Source of the DNA: Longimicrobiales bacterium
GTDB taxonomy: Bacteria > Gemmatimonadota > Gemmatimonadetes > Longimicrobiales > Gaopeijiaceae
Assembly (NCBI GenBank): GCA_965248195.1
Contig: CBDFIQ010000001.1
Coordinates: forward strand, 992,001 to 1,056,000
Reading direction: 5' to 3'
Length of the DNA stretch: 64,000 bases
The translations under genes were made by a program, and so were the position numbers. Below, piece after piece: positions 38,787 through 48,568 of this stretch. Position 1 is the stretch's first letter, and each line of letters begins with the position of its first letter. Under the pieces are notes generated by a model. The model was given only the letters and a program-made list of their open reading frames with translations. It made no database searches and was not told where the DNA came from.

Positions 38787-39397
38787 GATGCCTCCTTGGC
38801 GATGAGGGCCCTTCCCACGAACCGAACCGCATGCTCCTCCGCTTGGCTGGTAGAGAGACTGCCGGGGAAGCCGCTCGCCCGAGACAACAGCTGGCCCACC
38901 AGAGTCAGGTGGACGGGGAGAGCAATGATCCCGATCACCGTAGGGAGCATGTCCGACTCGAGGATGCTCCCGTCCTTCTGTCCTTCGCGAAGAAGGGTCG
39001 ACAGCGTCCCGATGCCGTGCTGCATGGTCTGTAGGACCGGTGCGATCGGCTCGACTCCCGAGGTCACCTGCTGGAGCATGAAGTTTGGCATGTCCGGATT
39101 CTCGTTCAGGTGGGCAAAGAAGGCCCGGACGACACCCTCGATCCTCTGAAGCGGCGTTCCCGGAACGGAGGCAGCCTCGGTGACTCGGTTTCTGAGGGGA
39201 GCGAGGGCGCTGTCCACCACGGCCTCGTACAGGCCTTCCTTACTCCCAAAGTGATACGTCACCGCCCCCAGGTTGGCGCGAGCTTCTCGTGTGATGGCCC
39301 GAAGGGAGGCCCCCTCGTATCCCTGGCGCGCGAAGATCCGTCGTCCGGCCGTCCGTAGCCGGGTGACTGTGTCGGTGTTCCGGGAGGACTTGGTCAT
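38783..39397 (-). CDS. TetR-family regulator (CecR/YbiH-like context)
   Basis: FARQGYEGASLRAIT...VTYHFGSKEGLY. Confidence 0.9.
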   Translation of the reverse strand: MTKSSRNTDTVTRLRTAGRRIFARQGYEGASLRAITREARANLGAVTYHFGSKEGLYEAVVDSALAPLRNRVTEAASVPGTPLQRIEGVVRAFFAHLNENPDMPNFMLQQVTSGVEPIAPVLQTMQHGIGTLSTLLREGQKDGSILESDMLPTVIGIIALPVHLTLVGQLLSRASGFPGSLSTSQAEEHAVRFVGRALIAKEAS

Positions 39398-39415
39398 ATC
39401 TATCCTTGGATTAAG

Positions 39416-39515
39416 TCATACGTTCGTATCAATTTAACCGGTAAGGAATGCGAGTCAAGTAGGGCACACCCGAAAATCCCTCTTGATCGGATCCAAGAGT
39501 AAAACGATTGTATGA
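39416..39515. promoter_or_regulatory. Two related TetR operator-like sites
   Basis: TCATACGTTCGTATCA (39416-39431) and AAAACGATTGTATGA (39501-39515; reverse complement TCATACAATCGTTTT). Confidence 0.5.
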
Positions 39516-39699
39516 GTGTCCGTACCGTTCCCCAGCAAGCCCCGCGGGGAAGAAGTCAGCGGCTGGGTAGCTGCTGGATACAACTCGGGGTTGGGCGACA
39601 ACAGTGGGACGACCTACATCGGCGTATATGCCGGCTTGACCTTTGCCGTCGGCGGTGAGTGACCACCCGGGCCGACCGCTCGGCGACCTGACGTCATCC

Positions 39700-39730
39700 G
39701 GGGGGGAGGTCCTACGCGGGCCTCCCCCTC
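39700..39730. terminator. GC-rich hairpin downstream of the 39762-40262 gene
   Basis: GGGGGAGG...CCTCCCCC stem; no clear U tract. Confidence 0.3.
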
Positions 39731-39761
39731 TTCCTCTCTAAGGGCGGCCCACGCGCGCTGG

Positions 39762-40262
39762 CTACATGCCGGCCGATTGCTCTCCGGTGTGCTGGTCCGC
39801 GGCCGGCGGCGGTGGTGGTGGTGGTGCGCTAGTGTAGGCTGGCGCGGCGGCGGCGCTGCCCATGCCCAGAACCGCGCCGATAACCGCACCAGTGATGCCA
39901 GTCTGGATCACGACAATGATCGGATCGACGAGGGTGGCCGTGAGATTCGCGATGTTTGAGGTGCCGTAGTATGTGAAGTTCAGGCTGAGCCCCAACACCA
40001 GCCCAACGAGTGCGCCGGTCTTGATGCCGGCCCCCGCCGAAGAGTCCCCTCGCCAGACCATGATCATGGTGAGAAATCCTGCGAAGAGGACTTGTCCCAG
40101 GATCAGCGACCACCAGATTGGCACCTCTTTGAAGACGCCGGTAGCCGAGCCAACGTTGGTGGCATAGAAGTCCAACATCAGCATGCCGTAGAAAAGGTAT
40201 CCCACGACCATTGCAGCGATCCCGCCGGCCAGAGTGGCCATGGTGAGTTTCTTGAGAGCCAT
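39762..40262 (-). CDS. 4-TM membrane protein (DUF1761-like) with Pro-rich tail
   Basis: Four hydrophobic segments; GGGGGAG RBS. Confidence 0.7.
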   Translation of the reverse strand: MALKKLTMATLAGGIAAMVVGYLFYGMLMLDFYATNVGSATGVFKEVPIWWSLILGQVLFAGFLTMIMVWRGDSSAGAGIKTGALVGLVLGLSLNFTYYGTSNIANLTATLVDPIIVVIQTGITGAVIGAVLGMGSAAAAPAYTSAPPPPPPPAADQHTGEQSAGM

Positions 40263-40397
40263 CTCCCCCTCCTAATCCAATGGGTTCAGCTGTTCGGCCT
40301 CGGCCCGGCCAGCCCCTTGGTTATGCGCGGCAAAAGCACGGTTGAGGGAATCTATGGGGAGGGCAGGGTTTTCGCTAAGGGATTCACGGGCACAGCT

Positions 40398-40790
40398 TCA
40401 AGAAATCAGCACGTCCCTGACCAGGTCGAGCGCCTGCTCGGTCCGCTCGGTGGAGAGCGCCACCAGACCGTATCCCTCGCGCCGGCGAATGATGCGCACA
40501 CTGCGCAAGCGGATTCCTGCGTCGTGAAACCTTCGGGAGATTTTGGCCAGCGCCCCCGGCTCGTCCGCGAGCCGGATGACAATCGCATCCTCGCTCACCG
40601 CGGGAACACCCGCATCCCGCAGCGCCACCAGGGCCTCGTCATAGCGGTCGACGGTGAGGATCATGACGCCGTGGTCCTCGACCGTCTCCGCGTCCAGGGT
40701 CTCGATGTTGATTTCGCGCGCGGCCAGAACATCGGAGACGCGGGCCAGGAGACCCTCGGTAGTCTCGGCGACGATGGTGATCTGTTTCAT
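40398..40790 (-). CDS. Tandem ACT-domain protein
   Basis: MKQITI...GLLARVSDVLAAREINI...LADEPGALAKI. Confidence 0.88.
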   Translation of the reverse strand: MKQITIVAETTEGLLARVSDVLAAREINIETLDAETVEDHGVMILTVDRYDEALVALRDAGVPAVSEDAIVIRLADEPGALAKISRRFHDAGIRLRSVRIIRRREGYGLVALSTERTEQALDLVRDVLIS

Positions 40791-40873
40791 GGCCTGGTGA
40801 TCTGTTTCATGGCCTGGTGATCTGTTTCATGGCCTGGTGATCTGTTTCATGGCCTGGTGATCTGCTTCATGGC
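40775..40873. repeat. 20-bp tandem repeat, about 5 copies
   Basis: TCTGTTTCATGGCCTGGTGA exact at 40781, 40801, 40821, 40841, plus partial flanking copies. Confidence 0.95.
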
Positions 40874-42006
40874 TCCGTACCCGCGACGTCTCTAACGAGC
40901 TCGTCGACCAGTTCCCGAGTCACATGGGGCATGGTGATCATGTGCGCGATGTCGTGAGAGACTGCGATCTGCCACTTCTTCAGCACCGACGGCGCCGGAC
41001 GGGGAAAGACGACGGTGACGGAATTGTTGTTGCGCCAGGCGTCGACGCCCTCCTCGCGGAAGCGCTCGATCGCGTAATCGGCCATCTTCAGGCACCGGAC
41101 GACCATCTCACGTAATCCCGATCGCCCGAGCTTGCGGATGGCGGACCAGAGGAATAGAGGGCTCAACCCGTTCCGTGATCCCGAGATCGTCGTGTCGAGA
41201 GTCCCGACGTACTCCACGGACCGGGCGATGCGATCGACGTTGTTCTTTTTGGCCAGTACCACTCCGCACGGCATCGGAGAGCCCACCATCTTGTGGCCGC
41301 TCACCGAAATGGAATCGATCCCGGACGCGAAATCGTACGGCTCGGGGTCCTTCACGAAGGGCAGGATCAGCCCGCTCAGGGCCGCGTCACAATGGATATA
41401 GAAGCTCGGCAAGGCGAAGTCGTGCAGGATCTCGCGGATCGTGTCGACGTCATCCACCGCGCCCTTCATGGTCGTACCGATGTTCGCGAGGATGATCGGC
41501 GGGACATCGCGGTGGATCCGTATCGTCTCGCGCAGGTCTTCGTAGTCGATCTCGCCGTTCGCCTGAGCTTTGATCATGATGTTGCGCAGGGCCAGGACGC
41601 GTAGGACCTTGCTGACGCTGTAGTGGGTCTCCTCCGAGTAGTACACGATCCCTTCGAGTAGAAGCTCCCGCGCCAGGTACAGCCCGTACATGTTGCCCTC
41701 GGTCCCGCCGCTCGTGACGTAGCCCCAGTAGTTGTTCTCCGGAGCGCGGTACAACTTCGCGAAAAAACGGAGGACGTCCCGCTCGAACGACCGAGAGTGT
41801 ACCCGGTACGTGCTTTCTTCCACGAACGGGTCGCCGATATTGTTCAGAGGGAAGCGAAGGAATCGGTAGAGATCCGAGTAGTCGAACACGCCGTTGCTCG
41901 GATAACCGACGAAGCTGCTCGACTCCTTCTCCATCTCCCTGTAGAAGTCGTCCAGGCGCCCCTCGTCCTCGGCGGACAGGGGCGTGTTTTCGTTCATGGC
42001 TTCCAT
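40867..42006 (-). CDS. hdcA: PLP-dependent histidine (or serine) decarboxylase, group II
   Basis: LNNIGDPF, WGYVTSGGTEGN, HCDAALSG, SVSGHKMVGSPMPCG, SGSRNG. Confidence 0.8.
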   Translation of the reverse strand: MEAMNENTPLSAEDEGRLDDFYREMEKESSSFVGYPSNGVFDYSDLYRFLRFPLNNIGDPFVEESTYRVHSRSFERDVLRFFAKLYRAPENNYWGYVTSGGTEGNMYGLYLARELLLEGIVYYSEETHYSVSKVLRVLALRNIMIKAQANGEIDYEDLRETIRIHRDVPPIILANIGTTMKGAVDDVDTIREILHDFALPSFYIHCDAALSGLILPFVKDPEPYDFASGIDSISVSGHKMVGSPMPCGVVLAKKNNVDRIARSVEYVGTLDTTISGSRNGLSPLFLWSAIRKLGRSGLREMVVRCLKMADYAIERFREEGVDAWRNNNSVTVVFPRPAPSVLKKWQIAVSHDIAHMITMPHVTRELVDELVRDVAGTEP

Positions 42007-42022
42007 GCTCTCAACTTTCCGG

Positions 42023-43657
42023 TCACACCTGAAAGACCCCCACACGCATTCCCTGCTCGGGCGCGACACGACACGCCACACGCAGGAGGTGCTTCAGGAC
42101 GTCGCGTGTTGCCCGCGGATCGATGATCGCATCCACCCAGAGGTGCGCCGCCGCGTGGTACGGACTCACGGTGGCCTCGTAAGTCCGACGGATCCGGTCC
42201 AGGATTGCCTGCGCTTCCTTCTCGGGCAGTCCCTCCGGCATCTTCGCAGACTCGATGCTGAGAATCGTGTCCGCGGCCTGGTCGCCTCCCATCACGGCGA
42301 TCTGGGCCGACGGCCACGCGATCATGAAGCGGGGGCCGAAAGCCCGTCCGCAGAGCGCGTAGTTGCCGGCGCCGTAGCTGTTCCCGATCACGAGCGTGAT
42401 CTTGGGGACCTCGGAGTTGCTCACTGCGTTCACGAGCTTCGCACCGTCCTTGATGATGCCTCCCTGCTCGGCGCGGGTGCCGACCATGAATCCCGTCACG
42501 TCTTGCACGAAGATGAGCGGGACCATCTTCTGGTTGCAGTTGAGGACGAAACGGGCCGCCTTGTCGGCGGAGTCCGAGTAGAGCACTCCCCCGATCCGTA
42601 TCTCCCCTTTGGCGGTCTTCGTGTTGAGACGCTGGCTCGCGACAATCCCTACAACGCGCCCTCCGATGCGAGCCGTGCCCGTGACGAGGGACTTGCCGTA
42701 CTCCTCCTTGTACTCTTCCCAGCTTCCCGCATCGATAATCGCGCCAAGGATATCGTGCGTGTCGTAGGCGGACCGCCGATCCGCGGGGAGAAGATCGAGA
42801 AGGCGCTCGGAATCCTCCGCGGAAGCCCGTGTCTCGGATTCACGGTAGGTCGAGGGTCCCGAATCCGGCCACTGGGCTGCCAGACGCCTTGTGCGCGCGA
42901 GACAGCTCGCGTCGTCCTCGTCCTCGAAATCCGCCATGCCGCTCAGGCGAGTGTGAGTCGAGCTTCCTCCGAGCGCCTCGATGTCCGCGTCCTCGCCGAT
43001 CGCCGCCTTGACGAGGTACGGGCCGCCCAGGAAGATGCCGCTCGTTCCTTTGACCATGAGGATCTCGTCACAAAGAGCCGGAACGTATGCCCCTCCCGCC
43101 ACGCAGGGGCCCATTACAGCTGCGATCTGCGGCACTCCCATCGCCGAAAGGCGCGCATTGTTATAGAAGATGCGTCCGGCGTGGTCGTGGTCCGGAAACG
43201 AATCGTGCTGGAGAGGTAGAAAAAGCCCGCCCGAGTCCACCAGATAGATGAGGGGCAGGCGGTTCTCCATGCCGATCTGCTGCGCCCTCAAGATCTTCTT
43301 GATCGTCAGTGGAAACCATGTCCCACTCTTCACCATCGAGTCGTTGGCGATCACGATGCAGTCGTGGTCGCTCACCTGGCCCAGCACGGTGCGCACCCCG
43401 GCGGACTCGATCTGTCCGTGCTCTGGATAGTCCCCCTGCGCGGCGAACGCCCCCACCTCGAAGCGCGGCGCCTCGGGGTCGAACAGCAGATCGAGCCGCT
43501 CCGGGATCGTGAGCTTACTCTTCGAGTGCTGCTTGGCAATCGCCTCGTCCGAGCCGGCCCGCGCGTTCTCTTCAAGACGTCGGTGCAGCTCCTCGATCGC
43601 CTCCAGATTCGCCTCGCGGTTGGAGGTGGGCTTCGGCTTCGAGGTGGAGTCCGCCAT
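42023..43657 (-). CDS. Acyl-CoA carboxylase carboxyltransferase subunit (MCC-beta-like)
   Basis: VDSGGLFLP, GPCVAGGAY, QDVTGFMVG, GAGNYALCG. Confidence 0.9.
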   Translation of the reverse strand: MADSTSKPKPTSNREANLEAIEELHRRLEENARAGSDEAIAKQHSKSKLTIPERLDLLFDPEAPRFEVGAFAAQGDYPEHGQIESAGVRTVLGQVSDHDCIVIANDSMVKSGTWFPLTIKKILRAQQIGMENRLPLIYLVDSGGLFLPLQHDSFPDHDHAGRIFYNNARLSAMGVPQIAAVMGPCVAGGAYVPALCDEILMVKGTSGIFLGGPYLVKAAIGEDADIEALGGSSTHTRLSGMADFEDEDDASCLARTRRLAAQWPDSGPSTYRESETRASAEDSERLLDLLPADRRSAYDTHDILGAIIDAGSWEEYKEEYGKSLVTGTARIGGRVVGIVASQRLNTKTAKGEIRIGGVLYSDSADKAARFVLNCNQKMVPLIFVQDVTGFMVGTRAEQGGIIKDGAKLVNAVSNSEVPKITLVIGNSYGAGNYALCGRAFGPRFMIAWPSAQIAVMGGDQAADTILSIESAKMPEGLPEKEAQAILDRIRRTYEATVSPYHAAAHLWVDAIIDPRATRDVLKHLLRVACRVAPEQGMRVGVFQV

Positions 43658-44427
43658 CAGTCGCTCCACGTGAGCGGCAGCTTGCCACGAAACGCCTCGA
43701 GGCCTCGCCGGGCTTCCGGTGAAGTCACCGCTCGGCGGAACTCCATCTGAGCGGCGCGCAGCTCTTCGGCGAGATCCCCTTGTGACTGCGTGATCAGGTA
43801 CTCCTTGGTCCGGCGCATGGCTACTCCCGAGTTCTCCTGCAGCAACTTCAGGGCGCACGCCTCCGCTTCGACGGTCGCCGATTCGGACGCCAGAAAGTCC
43901 GCCAGGCCTACGCGGACCGAGCGCTCGGCGTTGCAGGTGATTCCCGTGGTCACGATGCCCGAGAGCGTGAGTGGAGAGACCCGACGGCGCACGACGACCG
44001 AGACGAGCGCCGGCACCACTCCGATCCGTGTCTCCGGAAAGGCGAACAGGGCCTTAGGGCCGGCCCAGACCAGGTCGGCCGCGAGCACGAGGCCTCCCCC
44101 GCCGCCCATGACGGGTCCGTCGACCCCGCACAGAAGCGGGATGGGAAGCGTAAGGAGCTTACCGTACACTTCGGCCAGAAGAGTCCCGAACCGGCCAGCC
44201 TCGTCCGGATCGTCTAGTGGCACGGCGGACAGATCCATGCCCGAGCAGAACGCCTTGCCGCGTGCGGTCACGAGGACGACGTGCGTCGAGGCGTCGTCCC
44301 TCACGGTGTCGATGGCTCGAGACAACTCCTCGATCATCTCGAGTGAGAGGGCATTTCGCTTCTCGGGACGGTTCAGAGTGATGCGCGCGAGCCCTCCGGC
44401 GACTTCGTGCAGGATCGAATCGCTCAA
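43657..44427 (-). CDS. Enoyl-CoA hydratase (methylglutaconyl-CoA hydratase-like)
   Basis: ITLNRPEKRNAL, FCSGMDL, GGGGGL, FPETRIG. Confidence 0.88.
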   Translation of the reverse strand: MSDSILHEVAGGLARITLNRPEKRNALSLEMIEELSRAIDTVRDDASTHVVLVTARGKAFCSGMDLSAVPLDDPDEAGRFGTLLAEVYGKLLTLPIPLLCGVDGPVMGGGGGLVLAADLVWAGPKALFAFPETRIGVVPALVSVVVRRRVSPLTLSGIVTTGITCNAERSVRVGLADFLASESATVEAEACALKLLQENSGVAMRRTKEYLITQSQGDLAEELRAAQMEFRRAVTSPEARRGLEAFRGKLPLTWSD

Positions 44428-44858
44428 GGACCTTCCTCCCCCAGAGCTTCGAGGCGGGCTTTCAACTTTTCCGGAGCGTCGTCGATGATAAAATCTGCCG
44501 GGAGCCGCTCCCCCCAATGGGCCTGGACCTCCCCAGCCAGATCCGGCGGCACCTCCAGCGGCATGCGAAAGAGTGCCTGGGCGTACGTCTTCCCCTGGGC
44601 GTCGAGCCTCAGAGAGACCGAACCCCCACCCCCGAGCGCCTCGTGAACGAGGAAGTTGAGGGCGCTCAGATTGGGAAGCTCGTAGCGCTCGACCTCGCCT
44701 TGGGCGAGCGTCCCCAGAAATCCTCGGACGTGCTCCGCAGTCAACTCCCGGGAAAGGAACTCGTACCATTCGTCGCGGCGTGCAATGACGCCGATGTTCA
44801 CCATATCGCCTTTGTCTCCCGAGCGGCCGTGGGCGAGCAGAAAAAGTCTAGCTCGCAT
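44424..44858 (-). CDS. AtuA C-terminal-like small protein
   Basis: AHGRSGDKGD, VERYELPNLSALNF, LRLDAQGK. Confidence 0.85.
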   Translation of the reverse strand: MRARLFLLAHGRSGDKGDMVNIGVIARRDEWYEFLSRELTAEHVRGFLGTLAQGEVERYELPNLSALNFLVHEALGGGGSVSLRLDAQGKTYAQALFRMPLEVPPDLAGEVQAHWGERLPADFIIDDAPEKLKARLEALGEEGP

Positions 44859-46215
44859 TCGTCAACACCTCGGCCCGCGGATGAATTTGACTTCTCGGTA
44901 CGAGACCCGACCAGATGGCCCTGAGCTGCGAGGCCCGTGGACGACCGCCTGCGTATCCGGTGGCTCCCGGCGGCCCGGTCAGGACAAGGCCGATCAACTC
45001 CCGGCCCAGGTAATCGCACGCGGCGCGGTCACTCGAACGTGCGGAAACGCGTAGCACGACCTCCGGAGGGTCTCCCGGTGGCGGTCCAACCGCTCCCAGA
45101 CAAGCGCCCGCACCGACCGTCTCGATCAACCACTCGTCGAACTTGTCGCACCCCAGGCGATCCTCCGTCCGGCGTCTGACCAGATTACCGGCGGCGCGTG
45201 CCTTCTCGATAGCCTCGGGCCAGCAGTAGGTCATCTGCCCACTCACCTTCCAACCCGCATCGTAAACACAGGACACCTTGAGTGTGTCCGGGGCGGCGCG
45301 TCCTTTGACGCCACTGATACCCACACGGTCCTTTTCGAGCTGCTCGAGCTCTATGGTCGTGAAGTCCGCAATACAATCGGCGGTCATGTACGCACGTGGG
45401 TCGCCGATCTCGTAGAGCAACTGTTCCTTCACGGAGGCCAGGGTCACGAGTCCGCCCAGGGTCTCATGTTTGGTGATGACCGCGCGATCGCACGCGCTGA
45501 TCTCCACGATGGGGAATCCGATTCGCTCCGGGTCGGGAACGGCACGCCAGTTCTCCAGGTAGTTGCCCCCGGTCGACTGCGCGCCGCATTCGATGATGTG
45601 GCCACAGATCGTGCCGAGCGCCAATACGTCCCAGTCGTCCGGGGCGATGTCGAATTCGTGAATCATGGGTGCCAGAGCGAGCGCGGTGTCGGTGCAGCGT
45701 CCCGTGACCACGATTTGTGCTTCCTCCCCCAACGCCTCGACAATAGCTTGCGCGCCGAGATACACGTGAGCGCTCGTCAGTTTCGGGGCGACCTCGAGAA
45801 AGGGCGCCTCTGTTCGATCCAGCGGCGTGATCGGAATCTGTGGACCCCCCTCGGCCGTGAGCGGCCCGAGGATCTCGTCTCCTTCCACGATGCCCACCCG
45901 GAGCCCAGCGATTCCTTGCTCCTTCGCTCGAGCGAGGAGCGCTTGAGCACAGGCGCGCGGGTTAACCCCCCCGGCGCTCGCGATCACCTTGATATTCCGA
46001 TCGACGATCTCCGGCAGGAGGTCGCCGATGTCGTCCACGAAGTCGCGGGCGTATCCGGCCTGCGGGTCGCGCCGGTGCTGCTTGTCGAGGATCGCGATCG
46101 TCACCTCGGCGAGGTAGTCCAAGACGAGGTAATCGATCGGACCCGAACGCACTTGAAGGAGCGGCGCCTGGGGCCAGTCGCCCCAGAAGGCCTGTCCACT
46201 GGCGATCCGAATCAT
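44848..46215 (-). CDS. atuA: Acyclic terpene utilisation AtuA-family protein (DUF1446)
   Basis: AFWGD, DYLAE, GHIIECG, EQLLYEIGDP. Confidence 0.85.
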   Translation of the reverse strand: MIRIASGQAFWGDWPQAPLLQVRSGPIDYLVLDYLAEVTIAILDKQHRRDPQAGYARDFVDDIGDLLPEIVDRNIKVIASAGGVNPRACAQALLARAKEQGIAGLRVGIVEGDEILGPLTAEGGPQIPITPLDRTEAPFLEVAPKLTSAHVYLGAQAIVEALGEEAQIVVTGRCTDTALALAPMIHEFDIAPDDWDVLALGTICGHIIECGAQSTGGNYLENWRAVPDPERIGFPIVEISACDRAVITKHETLGGLVTLASVKEQLLYEIGDPRAYMTADCIADFTTIELEQLEKDRVGISGVKGRAAPDTLKVSCVYDAGWKVSGQMTYCWPEAIEKARAAGNLVRRRTEDRLGCDKFDEWLIETVGAGACLGAVGPPPGDPPEVVLRVSARSSDRAACDYLGRELIGLVLTGPPGATGYAGGRPRASQLRAIWSGLVPRSQIHPRAEVLTNAS

Positions 46216-46275
46216 GAGATCACCGGCCCCCCGCATCGGTACCGCGGGCCTTCGCTCTCCTTGCCGGACTTTCCT

Positions 46276-47442
46276 TCACGGTGAGTCCGGGCCTTCGCCG
46301 AGGCCGCGTGCGACGCCCCGCGCGATGATGACGCGCAGGATCTCGCTCGTTCCCTCGCCGATCTCACAGAGCTTCGCATCTCGCAGGTACCGCTCGACAT
46401 TGTACTCACGCAGGTAGCCGTATCCGCCGTGCACCTGAATCGCCTCCAGGCACGCCTTCGTCGCCATCTCCGAGATGAAGAGCTTGGTGATGGCGGCGTC
46501 CTGTGTCGTCGCCTTGCCGTCGTCCAGCAGTTGAACGGCTCGGTAGAGAAGAGCCCGAGCCGCCTCGCTCTGCGTCACCATGTCGGCCAGCTTCGCCTGG
46601 ATGAGCTGCCGTCGGGCGATGGGCTTTCCGAATGTCTCCCGCTCGTTCGCGTAGCGGACACTGTCCTCGAGCGCGCCCCGGGCCAACCCCAGCGCCAGGG
46701 CGGAGATCATGATGCGGCCTCCGAGGAGAACCAGCTCGACATCCCGGAACGCCTTGTCGAGGACGCCTAGCAGTTGGTCCCCGGGCACTCGCACATCCTC
46801 CATGTTCAACGACACGGTGTCGGAGGAGCGCATTCCGAGCTTGTCCTCGGGCTTACCGGTGCTGAGGCCCGGGGTGTCCCGGTCCACCACGAATGCGCTG
46901 ATGCCGCGCTTACCCTTCGACGGGTCCGTCACGGCCATGACGACGTACGTGCCGGCTCGGACGCCGTTGGTGACGAACTGCTTTGCGCCATTCAGTACCC
47001 ACGAGTCACCGTCCCTGACAGCAAGGGTCCTCAGGGCGGCCGCGTCGGTGCCTGATCCGGGCTCGCTCAGACACCAACTGCCGATCCGCTCTCCCGACGC
47101 GAGCGCGGGGAGCCAGCGCTTCTTCTGCTCTGGCGTCGCGGCGACCAGGATGTGTCGACAGCACAGCCCGTTGTGGGCTTCCACGGCGAGGGCGAGGCCA
47201 CCGTCATGGCGGGCAATCTCCTCGAGCACGATGGCGAACTGCATGTGGTCGCCGTCGGCGCCACCGTACTCCTCGGGCACCAGGATACCCATGAATCCTT
47301 GCTGTCCAAGGACTTGGGGCATCTCATCCGGATAACCTTCGGCGCGATCCCAGGCCTGTGCATGAGGCGCGACCTGCTCCTTCGCGAAGCGAGCTACCGC
47401 CGCTCGCAGAGCCATCAGCTCTTCGGAAAGGTCGAAGTCCAT
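46276..47442 (-). CDS. Acyl-CoA dehydrogenase
   Basis: LSEPGSGTD, KLGMRSS, QVHGGYGY, IGEGTSEI. Confidence 0.93.
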   Translation of the reverse strand: MDFDLSEELMALRAAVARFAKEQVAPHAQAWDRAEGYPDEMPQVLGQQGFMGILVPEEYGGADGDHMQFAIVLEEIARHDGGLALAVEAHNGLCCRHILVAATPEQKKRWLPALASGERIGSWCLSEPGSGTDAAALRTLAVRDGDSWVLNGAKQFVTNGVRAGTYVVMAVTDPSKGKRGISAFVVDRDTPGLSTGKPEDKLGMRSSDTVSLNMEDVRVPGDQLLGVLDKAFRDVELVLLGGRIMISALALGLARGALEDSVRYANERETFGKPIARRQLIQAKLADMVTQSEAARALLYRAVQLLDDGKATTQDAAITKLFISEMATKACLEAIQVHGGYGYLREYNVERYLRDAKLCEIGEGTSEILRVIIARGVARGLGEGPDSP

Positions 47443-47661
47443 GTTTCTCTCACCCCCAGGTTGGGCTGCGTCGCCTGAATTGTCTGAATGCCCGCTCAGT
47501 GGCCAGGGGAGAGGCGCACGACGCGAAACTCATCCGCACCCATCAAAAACTATAGCATCATCAAGCGAGCTGCGACGGCACAGCACTCGCCTTGCACCCG
47601 CGGCTCTACATCGCATGTTACGTGACCGACCCGAGCACGAACCTCAGACGGAGAACGTCCC

Positions 47662-48564
47662 ATGCGCCGCACCCTCTCATTTTTCGCGCTGTTCGCGCTG
47701 GCCTCGCCGGGCCTTGCCTCATCGCAGAACTTCGACGCGGTCGAGATCCAGACCCAGCGGGTCTCCTCGGGTGTGTACATGCTGCTCGGCCAGGGCGGTA
47801 ACATCGGAGTGTTCGTCGGCGAGGACGGCGTCTTCGTCATCGACGACCAGTACGCGCCGCTGACCGACAAGATTCTGGCCGCCATCGGGGCGATCACGTC
47901 CGAGCCCGTCCGCTTCGTGTTCAACACGCACTGGCATGGGGACCACACCGGGGGCAACGAGAACCTCGGAAGGACAGGGGCCCTCATCGTGGCGCACGAA
48001 AACGTCCGAGAGCGCCTCAGCATGGACCAATTGCTGGAGCGGGTGGGCAGGGAGCCCGCGTCGGAACCGGCGCGTCCGGACGGCGCGCTGCCCGTCATCA
48101 CGTTCGCGGAGGACGTGACGTTCCACCTGAACGGGGATGAGCTGCACGCGTTCCACGTGTCGAATGCTCACACGGACGGCGACGCCATCGTACACTTCCG
48201 GCGTGCGAACGTGGTCCACATGGGCGACACGTTTTTCCGGGACCGCTTCCCCTTCATCGATACGGCCACGGGCGGCTCGATCGATGGGATGATCGCCGCG
48301 GCGGGTGCGGCGCTCGCTGTCATGGACGGTTCCACAAGGGTCATCCCGGGCCACGGCGCGCTTTCGACGCGCGAGGACCTGAGAGCCTACCGGGACGCGC
48401 TCAAGTCGATGCGCGACGGGGTCGCGGCGCTCATGGAGCAAGGCCACTCGCTAGAGCGCATTCAGGGTTTTCGTCCGATCCAGGCCCAGGCCCGGGCGTG
48501 GGGTCAGGACGAGGCCGCCGAGCGCAATTTCGTGGCTACGATCCACCACGGATTGGCGCGTTAG
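47662..48564 (+). CDS. Secreted MBL-fold metallo-hydrolase
   Basis: Signal peptide; THWHGDHTGGN, HTDGD, IPGHG. Confidence 0.9.
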   Translation: MRRTLSFFALFALASPGLASSQNFDAVEIQTQRVSSGVYMLLGQGGNIGVFVGEDGVFVIDDQYAPLTDKILAAIGAITSEPVRFVFNTHWHGDHTGGNENLGRTGALIVAHENVRERLSMDQLLERVGREPASEPARPDGALPVITFAEDVTFHLNGDELHAFHVSNAHTDGDAIVHFRRANVVHMGDTFFRDRFPFIDTATGGSIDGMIAAAGAALAVMDGSTRVIPGHGALSTREDLRAYRDALKSMRDGVAALMEQGHSLERIQGFRPIQAQARAWGQDEAAERNFVATIHHGLAR

Positions 48565-48568
48565 GGGC

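Noticed and set aside
40775..40873. CRISPR array
   Set aside because: Units are head-to-tail with no spacers, and no cas genes are present
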